Source: Gemmatimonas sp.
Lineage (GTDB): Bacteria > Gemmatimonadota > Gemmatimonadetes > Gemmatimonadales > Gemmatimonadaceae
DNA length: 54,486 nt
Reading direction: 5' to 3'
NCBI GenBank assembly: GCA_021154285.1
Contig: JAJKIV010000421.1
Coordinates: 1-54,486 of the forward strand
A program made the translations under genes and the position numbers. Positions 18,573 to 27,435 of the stretch are shown here, piece by piece; the stretch's first letter is position 1, and each line of letters opens with the position of its first letter. The notes beneath the pieces were generated by a model. The model saw only the letters and a list, made by a program, of their open reading frames with translations. It had not been told where the DNA came from and made no database searches.

Positions 18573-20137
18573 CAGCGACCCGTGAGCCCCGCGAGCCGAA
18601 CGGCGATCGCGTCTGCTACCTGGTCTACTTCGCGAGAGGGTGTCGTCCAGTTGTTGCACAGCAGGCTGAAGATGAGGACTCGCCCAGTTGCGGTCGTGAC
18701 GTAGCCGGAGAGTGACCGTGCCTTGTCCACGAACCCTGTCTTGGCGTGCACATTTCCGGCCGCCGCGCTGCCGCGCATGCGATTCGCGATCGTCCCATCC
18801 ACGCCCGCGAGAGGAAGCGCGTCACGAAACACCGCGAAGCTGGGGCTCTTCCGCATAACGTCGAGCACGCGAACGATCGCGTCCGGCGCGATGTAATCGT
18901 GCCGCGAGAGGCCGCTTCCGTCGCGCACCGCGACCGACGTAGGCGCGATCCCCCACGCGGCGAGCTGCCGTTCGACCACCGCTCGGCCGCTATCCGCTGT
19001 ACCGACGCCGGTTTGCTCGAGCCCGAGCGTCTTGAACAGAATCTCGGCGATCTGGTTCTGGGATGGCTTTTCGAGAGCCGGAAGAATCTCGCGAAGCGGC
19101 GGCGACTTCATCACGAACAGCGTGTCCAGCTGGGCGGACGAGTCTCGCGGTGGGCGAGGATCGATGCCACCCTCGACCGTGAGTGCCTGTTCCGCGAGCG
19201 CCTTGCGAATCGCGTACAGGTACGCGAGCCCCGGATCGCGATAGGCAACGTCGATCGTCAGCGAGTCACTCGGGTACATCTCGCCCGTGATGGTCACGAC
19301 GTTCGTCGCACTGTCCATCGAGGCCGATGGTGAGCGCAGGCGGGGAGCGCGCCACGTGCGGTCGGCGGCGCGCACTGAATCGGGCCGACGAACGGTTGTG
19401 ACCATCGCGCGCAGCGACGGGTACCCGATGTCGGGGCGTACCGACGTGCTGACGCGTGCCCCCTCTCGTTGGCCGGCGCGCAGCGTGACCTGAAACATCC
19501 CTTCGTTGAAGAACAGTTCGTCGACGCCGGCTGAATAAGCGAAGTCGAAGTCGTCCCAGGCCCAGCCGAACCCATGCCACGCGTCGGGAAACGCGTCTCC
19601 GGCGCGCAGCAGTCGTCCCGACACGTACCGAATCTCGTGCGCGCGGAGCGAGTCGGGCACCGCTTTCATCGTCTGCATGACGTCGCCGCGCATGTGGTCG
19701 CTCATTGACGGATCGCCGCGTCCAATGACGACGAGGTCTCCACGCAGCACGCCGCCTTCCACCGGACCGCGCGCGGCGTAAGCCGTGCGAAACTGGTAGT
19801 CCGGGCCGAGCAGCGTGAGCGCCACCGATCCCGTCACGAGCTTCTGGTTCGATGCCGGCATGAACAGCTTGCCGGAATTGCGCGAGTACAGTGTATCGCC
19901 TCGTTCCGGGTCCACGATCAGAACGCCCCAATGCGCGTTGCTGAACTTGGGTTGCGCGACCATCGAGTCGATCGCGTGCCGAAGTTCCGCACGGGTTCCG
20001 GCCGCACTTCCGGAGCTTCGCATGCCGGCGGATGCACACCCGGACACTGACGCGATGCCTAACGCCACGGCGGCCGCGCGCACGGTGTGACGCGATGGGC
20101 CGAGTGGTCGGCGGGTCACGGACCCCATTCGCGTCAT
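18572..20137 (-). CDS. dacB: D-alanyl-D-alanine carboxypeptidase/endopeptidase (PBP4, peptidase S13)
   Basis: Carries PASNQKL (SxxK), DGSGLS and HAKTG (KTG), plus a lipoprotein-type signal (SVSGCASAG). Confidence 0.85.
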   Translation of the reverse strand: MTRMGSVTRRPLGPSRHTVRAAAVALGIASVSGCASAGMRSSGSAAGTRAELRHAIDSMVAQPKFSNAHWGVLIVDPERGDTLYSRNSGKLFMPASNQKLVTGSVALTLLGPDYQFRTAYAARGPVEGGVLRGDLVVIGRGDPSMSDHMRGDVMQTMKAVPDSLRAHEIRYVSGRLLRAGDAFPDAWHGFGWAWDDFDFAYSAGVDELFFNEGMFQVTLRAGQREGARVSTSVRPDIGYPSLRAMVTTVRRPDSVRAADRTWRAPRLRSPSASMDSATNVVTITGEMYPSDSLTIDVAYRDPGLAYLYAIRKALAEQALTVEGGIDPRPPRDSSAQLDTLFVMKSPPLREILPALEKPSQNQIAEILFKTLGLEQTGVGTADSGRAVVERQLAAWGIAPTSVAVRDGSGLSRHDYIAPDAIVRVLDVMRKSPSFAVFRDALPLAGVDGTIANRMRGSAAAGNVHAKTGFVDKARSLSGYVTTATGRVLIFSLLCNNWTTPSREVDQVADAIAVRLAGLTGR

Positions 20138-20164
20138 GCGGTCGTCTCCCTCGGATGGCGCACG

Positions 20165-20701
20165 CTAGCGGTCATGTTCGTTCATGATGCGGGCCTCCAC
20201 GAGGTCGGCAAGAGCTTCGAGCCATGTGCCATCCTCGAGGCGTATGACGGGCACCGTCACGGCCGGAACGTCGGTGTCCGCAACGATCGCAAGATAGTGA
20301 CGCGCGGAGTCGTTGGCGGGATCGTAGAGTGGCGTGCGGTGAGCGGTCTGGCGGAACACCTCGATCTTCGGAAGGTCGGAGCGCTTGAACCCTTCGCAGA
20401 CCACAATGTCCGCGTCGCTCATGTGACGCGTCGCGATCTCCTCGGGCCCGAGCTCGTCGCTCCAGCGAACGATGAGCGCGAACTTATCCGGCGCCGCCAT
20501 CGCGACGCGCTCCGCCTGGCCTTCGTGATAGTGGCGATACGTGTCGGTCGTTGCCGGGTCGATGTTGAACGTGTGCGATCCGTGCTTGATCGTCATCACG
20601 CGATGCCCTCGGCGATGGAGCTCGGCACACAGCCGCACGGTGAGCGTCGTTTTCCCGCTATGCTTCTTGCCGATCACCGCCACCATCGGTGGGCGCGTCA
20701 T
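20165..20701 (-). CDS. mobB: molybdopterin-guanine dinucleotide biosynthesis adapter protein
   Basis: VIGKKHSGKTTL P-loop, 178 aa, MobB-sized. Confidence 0.85.
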   Translation of the reverse strand: MTRPPMVAVIGKKHSGKTTLTVRLCAELHRRGHRVMTIKHGSHTFNIDPATTDTYRHYHEGQAERVAMAAPDKFALIVRWSDELGPEEIATRHMSDADIVVCEGFKRSDLPKIEVFRQTAHRTPLYDPANDSARHYLAIVADTDVPAVTVPVIRLEDGTWLEALADLVEARIMNEHDR

Positions 20702-21284
20702 GAGCCTCCGCGAGGATCCGCTCCTCGGGCGTGTTGACGTTCATGAAGAGCAGGGCAGGGTCGCCGAACTTCGCGACGCGGTCGGCGGTGAGCCGGGCGA
20801 CGTTCACGTCATCGTAGAATGCAATGACACGCCGGTCGCCCGCGGCGATCCGCCGTTCGATCGCGGACACGCACGCCGGCGTATAGTACGCGCACAACGG
20901 CTCGAGTCCACGTCGCGAGTCGCTTTCCGGAACGGCGGCGTCCGCGTCCCGGCCGATGTCGCGCAGCGCTCCGAGAAGCGTCGTGGGCACGAACGGCATG
21001 TCCCACGCGACCACCAGGACGGGCGAGGCGGCGTGCACGAGCGCCGCGTGGATTCCCGCGACGCTGCCGACGTCGCGCAGGACGTCGCGCTCCCACCTCA
21101 CGCCGGGCAGCCACGCGCCCGCGGCGTCGTCGTTCGCGATGAGCAGCAGGTCGTCGACCACCGGCTCGAGCGCCGCCCGCACGCGATCGATGATGCGCAC
21201 GCCGTGCACGAGCTCGAGCCCCTTAGGCCTGCCTGCATAACGAGTGGACAACCCTCCCGCGAGTACAACGCCGGTAACAGTCAC
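20658..21284 (-). CDS. mobA: molybdenum cofactor guanylyltransferase
   Basis: GVVLAGGLSTRY.GRPKGL N-terminal motif. GTG start overlaps the fdhD stop (GTGA). Confidence 0.8.
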   Translation of the reverse strand: MTVTGVVLAGGLSTRYAGRPKGLELVHGVRIIDRVRAALEPVVDDLLLIANDDAAGAWLPGVRWERDVLRDVGSVAGIHAALVHAASPVLVVAWDMPFVPTTLLGALRDIGRDADAAVPESDSRRGLEPLCAYYTPACVSAIERRIAAGDRRVIAFYDDVNVARLTADRVAKFGDPALLFMNVNTPEERILAEAHDAPTDGGGDRQEA

Positions 21285-22108
21285 CTGGAATTCTGCTCGC
21301 GGTTTCCGTCTCCCGTCTCCTGTGTCCCGTCTCCCGCGCTTCCCGATTCCCCATGCAGTTGCGGCTTGCCGCTCACCGCTCGCCCGATCAACATCATCCG
21401 CGCGGCTTTCGCGATGTCCACCGCGATCGTCGACGGGATCGACGGCGTCGCCACCGCCGAGATTCGCGCTCGCGCAGCCTTGAATGCCAGCTCGCCGGAG
21501 ATCCGGCCCGTCACGAGCAGGATCAGGTCCTCGGGAGATCGGTCGTCGAGCACCGCGGCGCCAAGCACCTTGTCCACCGCGTTGTGTCGGCCGATGTCTT
21601 CCGCGTGGTAGAGCAGCGTCTGGCCATCGGTCAGCGCGGCCGCGTGGATGCCGCCCGTGTCCTTGTACCGCTCACCGCGCGCGAAGAGCTCCTTGAACAG
21701 CTTGCGGAGCGTCGGGGTATCCAGGTCCGGGTTCGATGAGCGACGGCGAGGCACGTCGCTCATCGACCCGAGGATGGTGGTGACGGCGCCGCAGCCGGAG
21801 GCGAGAACGCGCCGCCGTTCCGCGCGCTCGACGGCGTCGTACTTGTCTCGCGGAACCTCGACCCAGAATCCGAGCTCCGACGTGCACGGCCGCATGCGCA
21901 CGATCTCGGCCTGGGTGTCGATGTAGCCTTCGCCGAAGAGCCAGCCGACTACCAGCTCGTCGAGCCGCTCCGGCGTGCACATCCACGTCACCGCCGGCGA
22001 GCCGTTCAGCTCCAGCCAGACCGCCGCTTCTTCCACCGCATCGAGTTGAACGTCCGGCGCGTCACTGGCCGTGTCGTTCGTGTCGTTCGTGTCGTCCGCA
22101 TCGCCCAT
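21281..22108 (-). CDS. fdhD: formate dehydrogenase accessory sulfurtransferase
   Basis: Carries SGCGAV, DIGRHNAVDKVLG and LLVTGRISGE. The C-terminal ~25 aa (GESGSAGDGTQETGDGNREQNSR) are encoded by a heptad DNA repeat (see findings). Confidence 0.85.
   Translation of the reverse strand: MGDADDTNDTNDTASDAPDVQLDAVEEAAVWLELNGSPAVTWMCTPERLDELVVGWLFGEGYIDTQAEIVRMRPCTSELGFWVEVPRDKYDAVERAERRRVLASGCGAVTTILGSMSDVPRRRSSNPDLDTPTLRKLFKELFARGERYKDTGGIHAAALTDGQTLLYHAEDIGRHNAVDKVLGAAVLDDRSPEDLILLVTGRISGELAFKAARARISAVATPSIPSTIAVDIAKAARMMLIGRAVSGKPQLHGESGSAGDGTQETGDGNREQNSR
21301..21345. repeat. solitary tandem heptad array (minus-strand reading GGGAGAC GGGACAC AGGAGAC GGGAGAC) inside the 3' end of fdhD
   Basis: Plus strand 21304-21338 reads TTCCGTCTCCCGTCTCCTGTGTCCCGTCTCCCGCG. 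I find no complementary arm nearby. Confidence 0.7.
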
Positions 22109-22156
22109 ACCCGAAATCTTTCGGCGGTTCGAGCAACGGCAAGTGCCCGCGTGTCA

Positions 22157-22594
22157 CTACCCGTGCGCGCCGAACTCCTCAGCCTGATGCGTTGCGCTGA
22201 TCGTCTCGTCTTCCGCGACGCGTACCGACGTCACCCGCACCTGCAGCCCGAGCGCGCTCTGGACGCATTCGGCGATGAACCTCGAAAGGTTCTCGCACGT
22301 CGGCACGAGCAGGCCATCCGCGAACTCCGGGACATGGACGTTGATCTCGCGACGGTCGAATCGGTCGCGCACCTCGGTTTGCAGGGTACGATCGAGCCAT
22401 CCGAGATCGATGAGCATTCCGGTCACGCTATCCACTTCGCCGGAGACCGTCACGTCGCACACGTACTCGTGGCTGTGAAAGTTCGGCGTTGCCCACGAGC
22501 CGAACACACGGCGGTTCTCGTCGTCGCTCCAGTCAGCGCGCCAGTAGCGGTGTGCGGCGTCGAAGGCGACGCGCCGCGTCAGGGATGTGCTCAC
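22157..22594 (-). CDS. 6-pyruvoyl-tetrahydropterin / 6-carboxytetrahydropterin synthase family protein (QueD-like)
   Basis: FDAAHRY ... NFHSHEY ... GMLIDLG. The Zn-binding His triad is conserved, and 145 aa is the right size. Confidence 0.75.
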   Translation of the reverse strand: MSTSLTRRVAFDAAHRYWRADWSDDENRRVFGSWATPNFHSHEYVCDVTVSGEVDSVTGMLIDLGWLDRTLQTEVRDRFDRREINVHVPEFADGLLVPTCENLSRFIAECVQSALGLQVRVTSVRVAEDETISATHQAEEFGAHG

Positions 22595-22612
22595 GCGGCG
22601 TGCACGGGCCGT

Positions 22613-23134
22613 TCAGTACGAATCCCGATCCGCGTCGTCGACGGGGTTGTCTTCTTCGCCCTCGATGCCTTCCTGCGTCGGCGAGGTCGGCGGAATCCAC
22701 GCGGTCCCATTCTGGATCGCGTTCCCGACGTCGCTCGTACCGAACAGCCGCGAGTCGAGGTCCTCTTCGAGATGTTCCGCCTCGGGGCTGAGCGGGACCG
22801 GTCGATCTCCGAGCAGGAGTCCGGAATGCTCGTCCTCATCCAGGAGGTGGTCGTCCACCGCTTCCGGGCTCTCGGCGCGTCGCAGCTGGTCGACGAGGAG
22901 ATTGTTCTCCACATCGTTCACGCCCACGATGTCGGTGACGATTCGCTCGGCCACGCGCCGCTCGCCGTCCGTGCCGACGCGTCCATCGAGCGCGACGACG
23001 TGGTCGTGAACCGTCACCGTGATGTCGGCGAGGTCCAGCCCCCTGTGTTCCGCGAGACGATCTCGAACGAGCTGTTTCAGCTCATTGTCATCCAGATCGT
23101 CGACGTCGTCGATGTTCTCGAAATCACGCGCCAT
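22613..23134 (-). CDS. BON-domain protein with acidic C-terminal tail
   Basis: ITVTVHDHVVALDGRVGTDGERRVAERIVTDIVGVNDVENNL is a BON-domain signature. The remainder is Asp/Glu-rich. Confidence 0.6.
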   Translation of the reverse strand: MARDFENIDDVDDLDDNELKQLVRDRLAEHRGLDLADITVTVHDHVVALDGRVGTDGERRVAERIVTDIVGVNDVENNLLVDQLRRAESPEAVDDHLLDEDEHSGLLLGDRPVPLSPEAEHLEEDLDSRLFGTSDVGNAIQNGTAWIPPTSPTQEGIEGEEDNPVDDADRDSY

Positions 23135-23186
23135 GTGTCACCTATTGGCGGTTGCCCGAATCGGCGCACCCGACCGGGTGGCGCCG

Positions 23187-23874
23187 CTACCGAAAGAACA
23201 GATACGAAATGCCGAGCGAGAAGCTGAGATTGTTCGTCCAGTCACTGTCCCCCTGGCGCTGGGTCAGCACGACCGATCCGTCGCTGGCGGGGATGTAGTA
23301 CGTGCTCGGGTACTTGATCTGGTAAAGGTGGTCCGAGAAGTCTGCGCGAACTTGCAGCTTCCCGGATGAGACCCACTTTACCCCGCTACCGAAGTTGAAC
23401 GCAAACGGGGTGCCGAATTTCCAGGCCCCGATGTCCGCCCCGCTCTTGAAGTCACTGGCGACGCCGAGCCCGCCGTTCACGAACGGCACGATCCGCTTGT
23501 AGCTCCGCTGTCCGGTGAGGTTCACCGAGATCCCGATGTCCATCAGGTAGACCGGCCACGGCGCGTCCGCTTCGACCACGCGAGTCTCTTGCGGCCGGCG
23601 CGGGTCGATGATCGTTCGTGAAGAGTTGACGTACTGGAATCTCGTCGTCAGCGACGCCGGGCCGCCGACCCGAAGCTCGTACCGCGCGCCGAAGAGTGGT
23701 CCGTTGCCGGGGGCGACGCCGGTCTTTTCGCTGCCGGCGTTGTAGAAGCCGCCGTACAGCGTGAATTCCTGCTTGTACTCCAGGTCGATGTACGGGCTGC
23801 TTTGAGGAACGTGCCCGATCTGCGCCGAAAGCGCTGGCGCGACAATCATCGACGCCAGCGCTACAACCGACATC
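23187..23874 (-). CDS. outer-membrane beta-barrel protein (hypothetical)
   Basis: ATG at 23874 gives MSVVALASMIVAPALSAQ (signal peptide). It has alternating amphipathic beta-strands and the C-terminal SLGISYLFFR (aromatic terminal motif). The track ORF to 24293 overlaps gpmI. Confidence 0.6.
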
Positions 23875-23881
23875 CTAACGT

Positions 23882-25432
23882 TCACGCGCTTACTCCAGAG
23901 AGTCTGAGGTCTGTTCCGGTCATCTCGTCCGGCTGCGCGATCCCGAGCATCCGGAGAATCGTGGGGCCAACGTCGCACAGCGCGCCGCCGCCGCGCAGCT
24001 CTTCGTCGCCACCGGCCGGGTCGACGATGAGGAAGGGAACCGGGTTCGTCGTGTGAGCGGTGTGCGGCCCACCCGTCGCCGGATCGATCATCTGCTCGCA
24101 GTTGCCATGGTCGGCGGTGATCAGCAGGCGCGCACCGGCGCGCTCGGCCGAGGCGATGACGCGCGTTAGGCACGCGTCCACGGTTTCTACCGCCTGGAGC
24201 GTTGCCGGGATCGAGCCCGTGTGCCCCACCATGTCGCCGTTCGCATAATTGCACAGCACGAAATCGTGCGACCTGGTCTCGATCGCGTTGCACAGGACAT
24301 CGGTAATGCCCGGCGCGCTCATCTCCGGCATGAGATCGTAGGTCGCGACTTTCTGGCTGGGCACGAGGATCCGTTCCTCGCCCGCGTAAGGCACCTCGAG
24401 CCCGCCGTTGAAGAAGTACGTGACGTGGGCGTACTTCTCGGTTTCCGCCGTTCGTAGCGACGTTAGGCCGTGCTCGGCGAGCGTTTCCGCGACGATGCGC
24501 GCCATGGATTGCGGGGCGAAGGCGACGGGTACCGTGAACGTCTGGTCGTACGACGTCATCGTCGCGACCGGCACCTTGGCGTGCGACGTCGCAAAGCCGT
24601 CGAACGCGGGGTCCGTCAGCGCGCGGACCATCTGCCGCATTCGGTCGGACCGGAAGTTGAAGCAGATGAGCGCGTCACCGTCTCGGAACGGCGCGACAGC
24701 CTGCCCGTTTTCGGCGACGACGATCGGCTTGATGAACTCGTCGGTCTCGCCGCGATCGTACGCCGCGCGAATGGCGGCAACGGGGTCGGTCACCTGCGGA
24801 CCCACACCAAGCACCGCTGCGTCATACCACAGCTTCGTACGGTCCCATCGCTTGTCGCGGTCCATGCCGTAATACCGGCCGCCAAGGCTCGCTACGACCA
24901 CGCGTCCCGCGGCGCGCGCGATCGTTTGCTCCATGAAACCGAGCGCGGATTTCGGCAGCGTGTCGCGGCCGTCGAGCAACGCGTGCAACGCGGTCCGCGG
25001 GACTCGCTCCCGTTCGGCCAGATCGAACAACGCGAACAGGTGGCGATCGACCGCGTGAACGCCGCCGTCTCCAATGAGCCCCATGAGGTGCAGCGTCCCA
25101 CCGGTTTTGCGGACGTGGGCCGCCGCCTCGGTGAACGCCGGAATCCGGAAGAACGTCCCGTCGCTGATCGCGAGGTCGATGCGGACGATGTCCTGCATCA
25201 CAACCCGGCCGGCGCCGAGATTCAGGTGCCCCACTTCGCTGTTTCCCATCTGCCCCTCGGGCAGTCCAACGGCTAGCCCCGAGGCGTCGAGCAGCGTACG
25301 TGGTGCCCGCGACCACAGGCGGTCCCATGTGGGCACGCGGGCCATGCGAATGGCGTTGCCCTCGCGCTCCTCGCGGTAGCCCCACCCATCGAGGACCACG
25401 AGGACGACGGGTCGGTGCTGGTCATTCGACAT
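23882..25432 (-). CDS. gpmI: 2,3-bisphosphoglycerate-independent phosphoglycerate mutase
   Basis: MSNDQHRPVVLVVLDGWGY, NSEVGHLNLGAGR and ITADHGN. ATG start at 25432. Confidence 0.9.
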   Translation of the reverse strand: MSNDQHRPVVLVVLDGWGYREEREGNAIRMARVPTWDRLWSRAPRTLLDASGLAVGLPEGQMGNSEVGHLNLGAGRVVMQDIVRIDLAISDGTFFRIPAFTEAAAHVRKTGGTLHLMGLIGDGGVHAVDRHLFALFDLAERERVPRTALHALLDGRDTLPKSALGFMEQTIARAAGRVVVASLGGRYYGMDRDKRWDRTKLWYDAAVLGVGPQVTDPVAAIRAAYDRGETDEFIKPIVVAENGQAVAPFRDGDALICFNFRSDRMRQMVRALTDPAFDGFATSHAKVPVATMTSYDQTFTVPVAFAPQSMARIVAETLAEHGLTSLRTAETEKYAHVTYFFNGGLEVPYAGEERILVPSQKVATYDLMPEMSAPGITDVLCNAIETRSHDFVLCNYANGDMVGHTGSIPATLQAVETVDACLTRVIASAERAGARLLITADHGNCEQMIDPATGGPHTAHTTNPVPFLIVDPAGGDEELRGGGALCDVGPTILRMLGIAQPDEMTGTDLRLSGVSA

Positions 25433-25535
25433 TCGGCGGTGCTTGGCTTGTTCTGAATTGCGTTTACCGGAAGATTTCCCGGAATCCGCTGAAGTACGGC
25501 GGTGGGCACGTCCGGAGGAATGTATTCGGGCACAC

Positions 25536-26717
25536 ATGGACCAACCAGCGATGGGCCCTTCTACACCAGTGCTTCAGTTCGTGCTGCGAATTTCCGTATT
25601 CCTTTTGTCGCTCGCGGCCGCGCTGCCCGTTCAGGCGCAGTCGCGCGTCGTCACGACCCCTGCCGCTGTGCTCTCGTCGCCGAGCGGAAAGGCCATTGGC
25701 AGCATTCATCCGGGGACATCGGTTCGTGTCCTCGAGACCCGTGGCGCGTACGCCAAGGTCACGATCGATGGTTTTCTCGAGCGCGCGAGACTAGCCGCGC
25801 AGCGTGGCAGCTCGTCGCCGCGTGTCGGCAGCCGGGCTGCTGTCGTGCGCGTGCGCGGGGCGGCTACGGCCAGGAGCGTGGCCTCGCTCGACGCGGGTAC
25901 GACGGTAGCCGTGGCCTCGGCGAACGCCCCCGCGGGGTGGGCGAAGGTCTCGCGCGATGGGTGGGTGCTCAAGTCGTCGCTCGACAAGCCGTCGACGGAG
26001 ACCGCCCACTCGTCCACCCCCGATAAGCGGACCACGGCTCCGGCCAAGTCGAGCGGGACCGCGCGTAAGGCCAGCGGAGGTGAGGTCGCGGCGTCGGCCC
26101 GGCCGCCCCAGGGACCGACCGCCGCGCCGGCGCGCGGAGCGTCGCCAGCGCCGGCGCCAGTACGCGTTGGTGCGACGTCCACCGCACCGGTCGGGGCGAG
26201 CCCGGTTACTGACAGTACCCTCACCCCGACCGGGAACATCGCGTTGCGCGCCGCACCGGACGCGAAGACGCTCGCCACCGTCGCACAGGGCGCGACACTC
26301 ACACCGCTCGCGCGCGATCGCGGTTGGGTGCGCGTCCGGCTCGAGGGATGGATGCCAGAGCGAGATCTCGCGCCGGCTGATACGTCCATTCGCACAGGCG
26401 TGAGCGCCGCCGACCTCCGTGCGGATCCTGTTGGCACTCGAGGAAAGCTGGTCCGGTGGAGTGTTCAGGTTCTCGCGAGGCAGAAGGCAGACGTTCTTCG
26501 CAAGGATCTGGCGCCGGACGAGACGTACCTGCTGGCGCGTGGGCCGTACGAAGAGAACGCGCTGCTCTATCTTGTGGTGCCGCCGTCCCTCCTGGTGATG
26601 ACGAAGTCGATCCCGGAGCTATCGCAGGCGATGATCACCGCGCGCGTGCGAACCGGCAGAAGCGACCTCGTTGGAGTCCCGATCCTGGATCTGTTGACGA
26701 TCACCCCCCGCAAGTGA
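25536..26717 (+). CDS. secreted protein with three SH3b-like repeats and an Ala/Pro-rich linker
   Basis: Signal peptide (LRISVFLLSLAAALPVQAQ). It has three repeats of the bacterial SH3 pattern (...G..V.V......WAKV...GW...) separated by a low-complexity A/P/S/T segment. Confidence 0.55.
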   Translation: MDQPAMGPSTPVLQFVLRISVFLLSLAAALPVQAQSRVVTTPAAVLSSPSGKAIGSIHPGTSVRVLETRGAYAKVTIDGFLERARLAAQRGSSSPRVGSRAAVVRVRGAATARSVASLDAGTTVAVASANAPAGWAKVSRDGWVLKSSLDKPSTETAHSSTPDKRTTAPAKSSGTARKASGGEVAASARPPQGPTAAPARGASPAPAPVRVGATSTAPVGASPVTDSTLTPTGNIALRAAPDAKTLATVAQGATLTPLARDRGWVRVRLEGWMPERDLAPADTSIRTGVSAADLRADPVGTRGKLVRWSVQVLARQKADVLRKDLAPDETYLLARGPYEENALLYLVVPPSLLVMTKSIPELSQAMITARVRTGRSDLVGVPILDLLTITPRK

Positions 26718-27421
26718 CCGAGCAGGTTGAACGCCGCCGTCAGAGCTGGCGCGAATTCCGACTCGCCTACCCTGGCATCATTACCGTCCTCTTCGTGGCG
26801 CTCGTGTCGATGGTCGCCATCGACGGGTGGCTCGTGTACCAGCGCGTTCGTTATGCGCGCGAGATTGCGCGTCTTCGCGCGAGCATGACGGACCAGGAGA
26901 GGCGAAAGGCCGATATGGTCATCGCGGCGGAACAGAACCGCACGCGCGTCGCGCTGGAGCTCATGCGCCGCCAGGCGAACATCGACAAGGACCTGCACAT
27001 CTCGGTCGCCGTCGACAGCGGGGTCATGTACCTCGAGCGCGACGGGGCGCTGCTGCGCGAGATGGCTGTGGACGTGGGATCGGAGAAGCGCGTCGGCGCC
27101 GCGCCGGACACACTGAAGATCGTTGCGCCGCGGGGTGCGAGGACGGTCGAGCGTGTGCTGGGCGCGAATGATCGGTGGGAGATCCCGAAGTGGGTGTACC
27201 TGGATCGCAATCTCCCGGTACCCGGTGACCGGATGGTGGCCGGCGCGTTAGGCCCCGGCGCGATCGTGCTGTCCGGCGGTGCCGTGATCTACACCCACCC
27301 AACCAACGGCCCGTTGAGCGATACGACGTACGTGCTGCCGGGGGCGATTCGCGCGCGAGTTCAGGACCTGCGCGCGATTGCGCCGAACCTGACTCCCGGC
27401 ATGTCGGTATACCTGTACTAG
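26714..27421 (+). CDS. L,D-transpeptidase-like protein lacking the catalytic His/Cys (pseudoenzyme candidate)
   Basis: GTG 26714 overlaps the upstream stop (GTGA). It has an N-terminal TM helix. The C-terminal region aligns to the YkuD domain of the next gene, but SHGCVR is replaced by LPGAIR (27335-27349). It ends GMSVYLY, versus GTPVYIY in the paralogue. Confidence 0.6.
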   Translation: MTEQVERRRQSWREFRLAYPGIITVLFVALVSMVAIDGWLVYQRVRYAREIARLRASMTDQERRKADMVIAAEQNRTRVALELMRRQANIDKDLHISVAVDSGVMYLERDGALLREMAVDVGSEKRVGAAPDTLKIVAPRGARTVERVLGANDRWEIPKWVYLDRNLPVPGDRMVAGALGPGAIVLSGGAVIYTHPTNGPLSDTTYVLPGAIRARVQDLRAIAPNLTPGMSVYLY

Positions 27422-27435
27422 CGCGGTCAGACCCT

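Noticed and set aside
22046-23227. 393-aa plus-strand ORF across the queD-like and BON genes
   Set aside because: It is antisense to two recognisable genes and crosses their intergenic gap. It is a shadow ORF.
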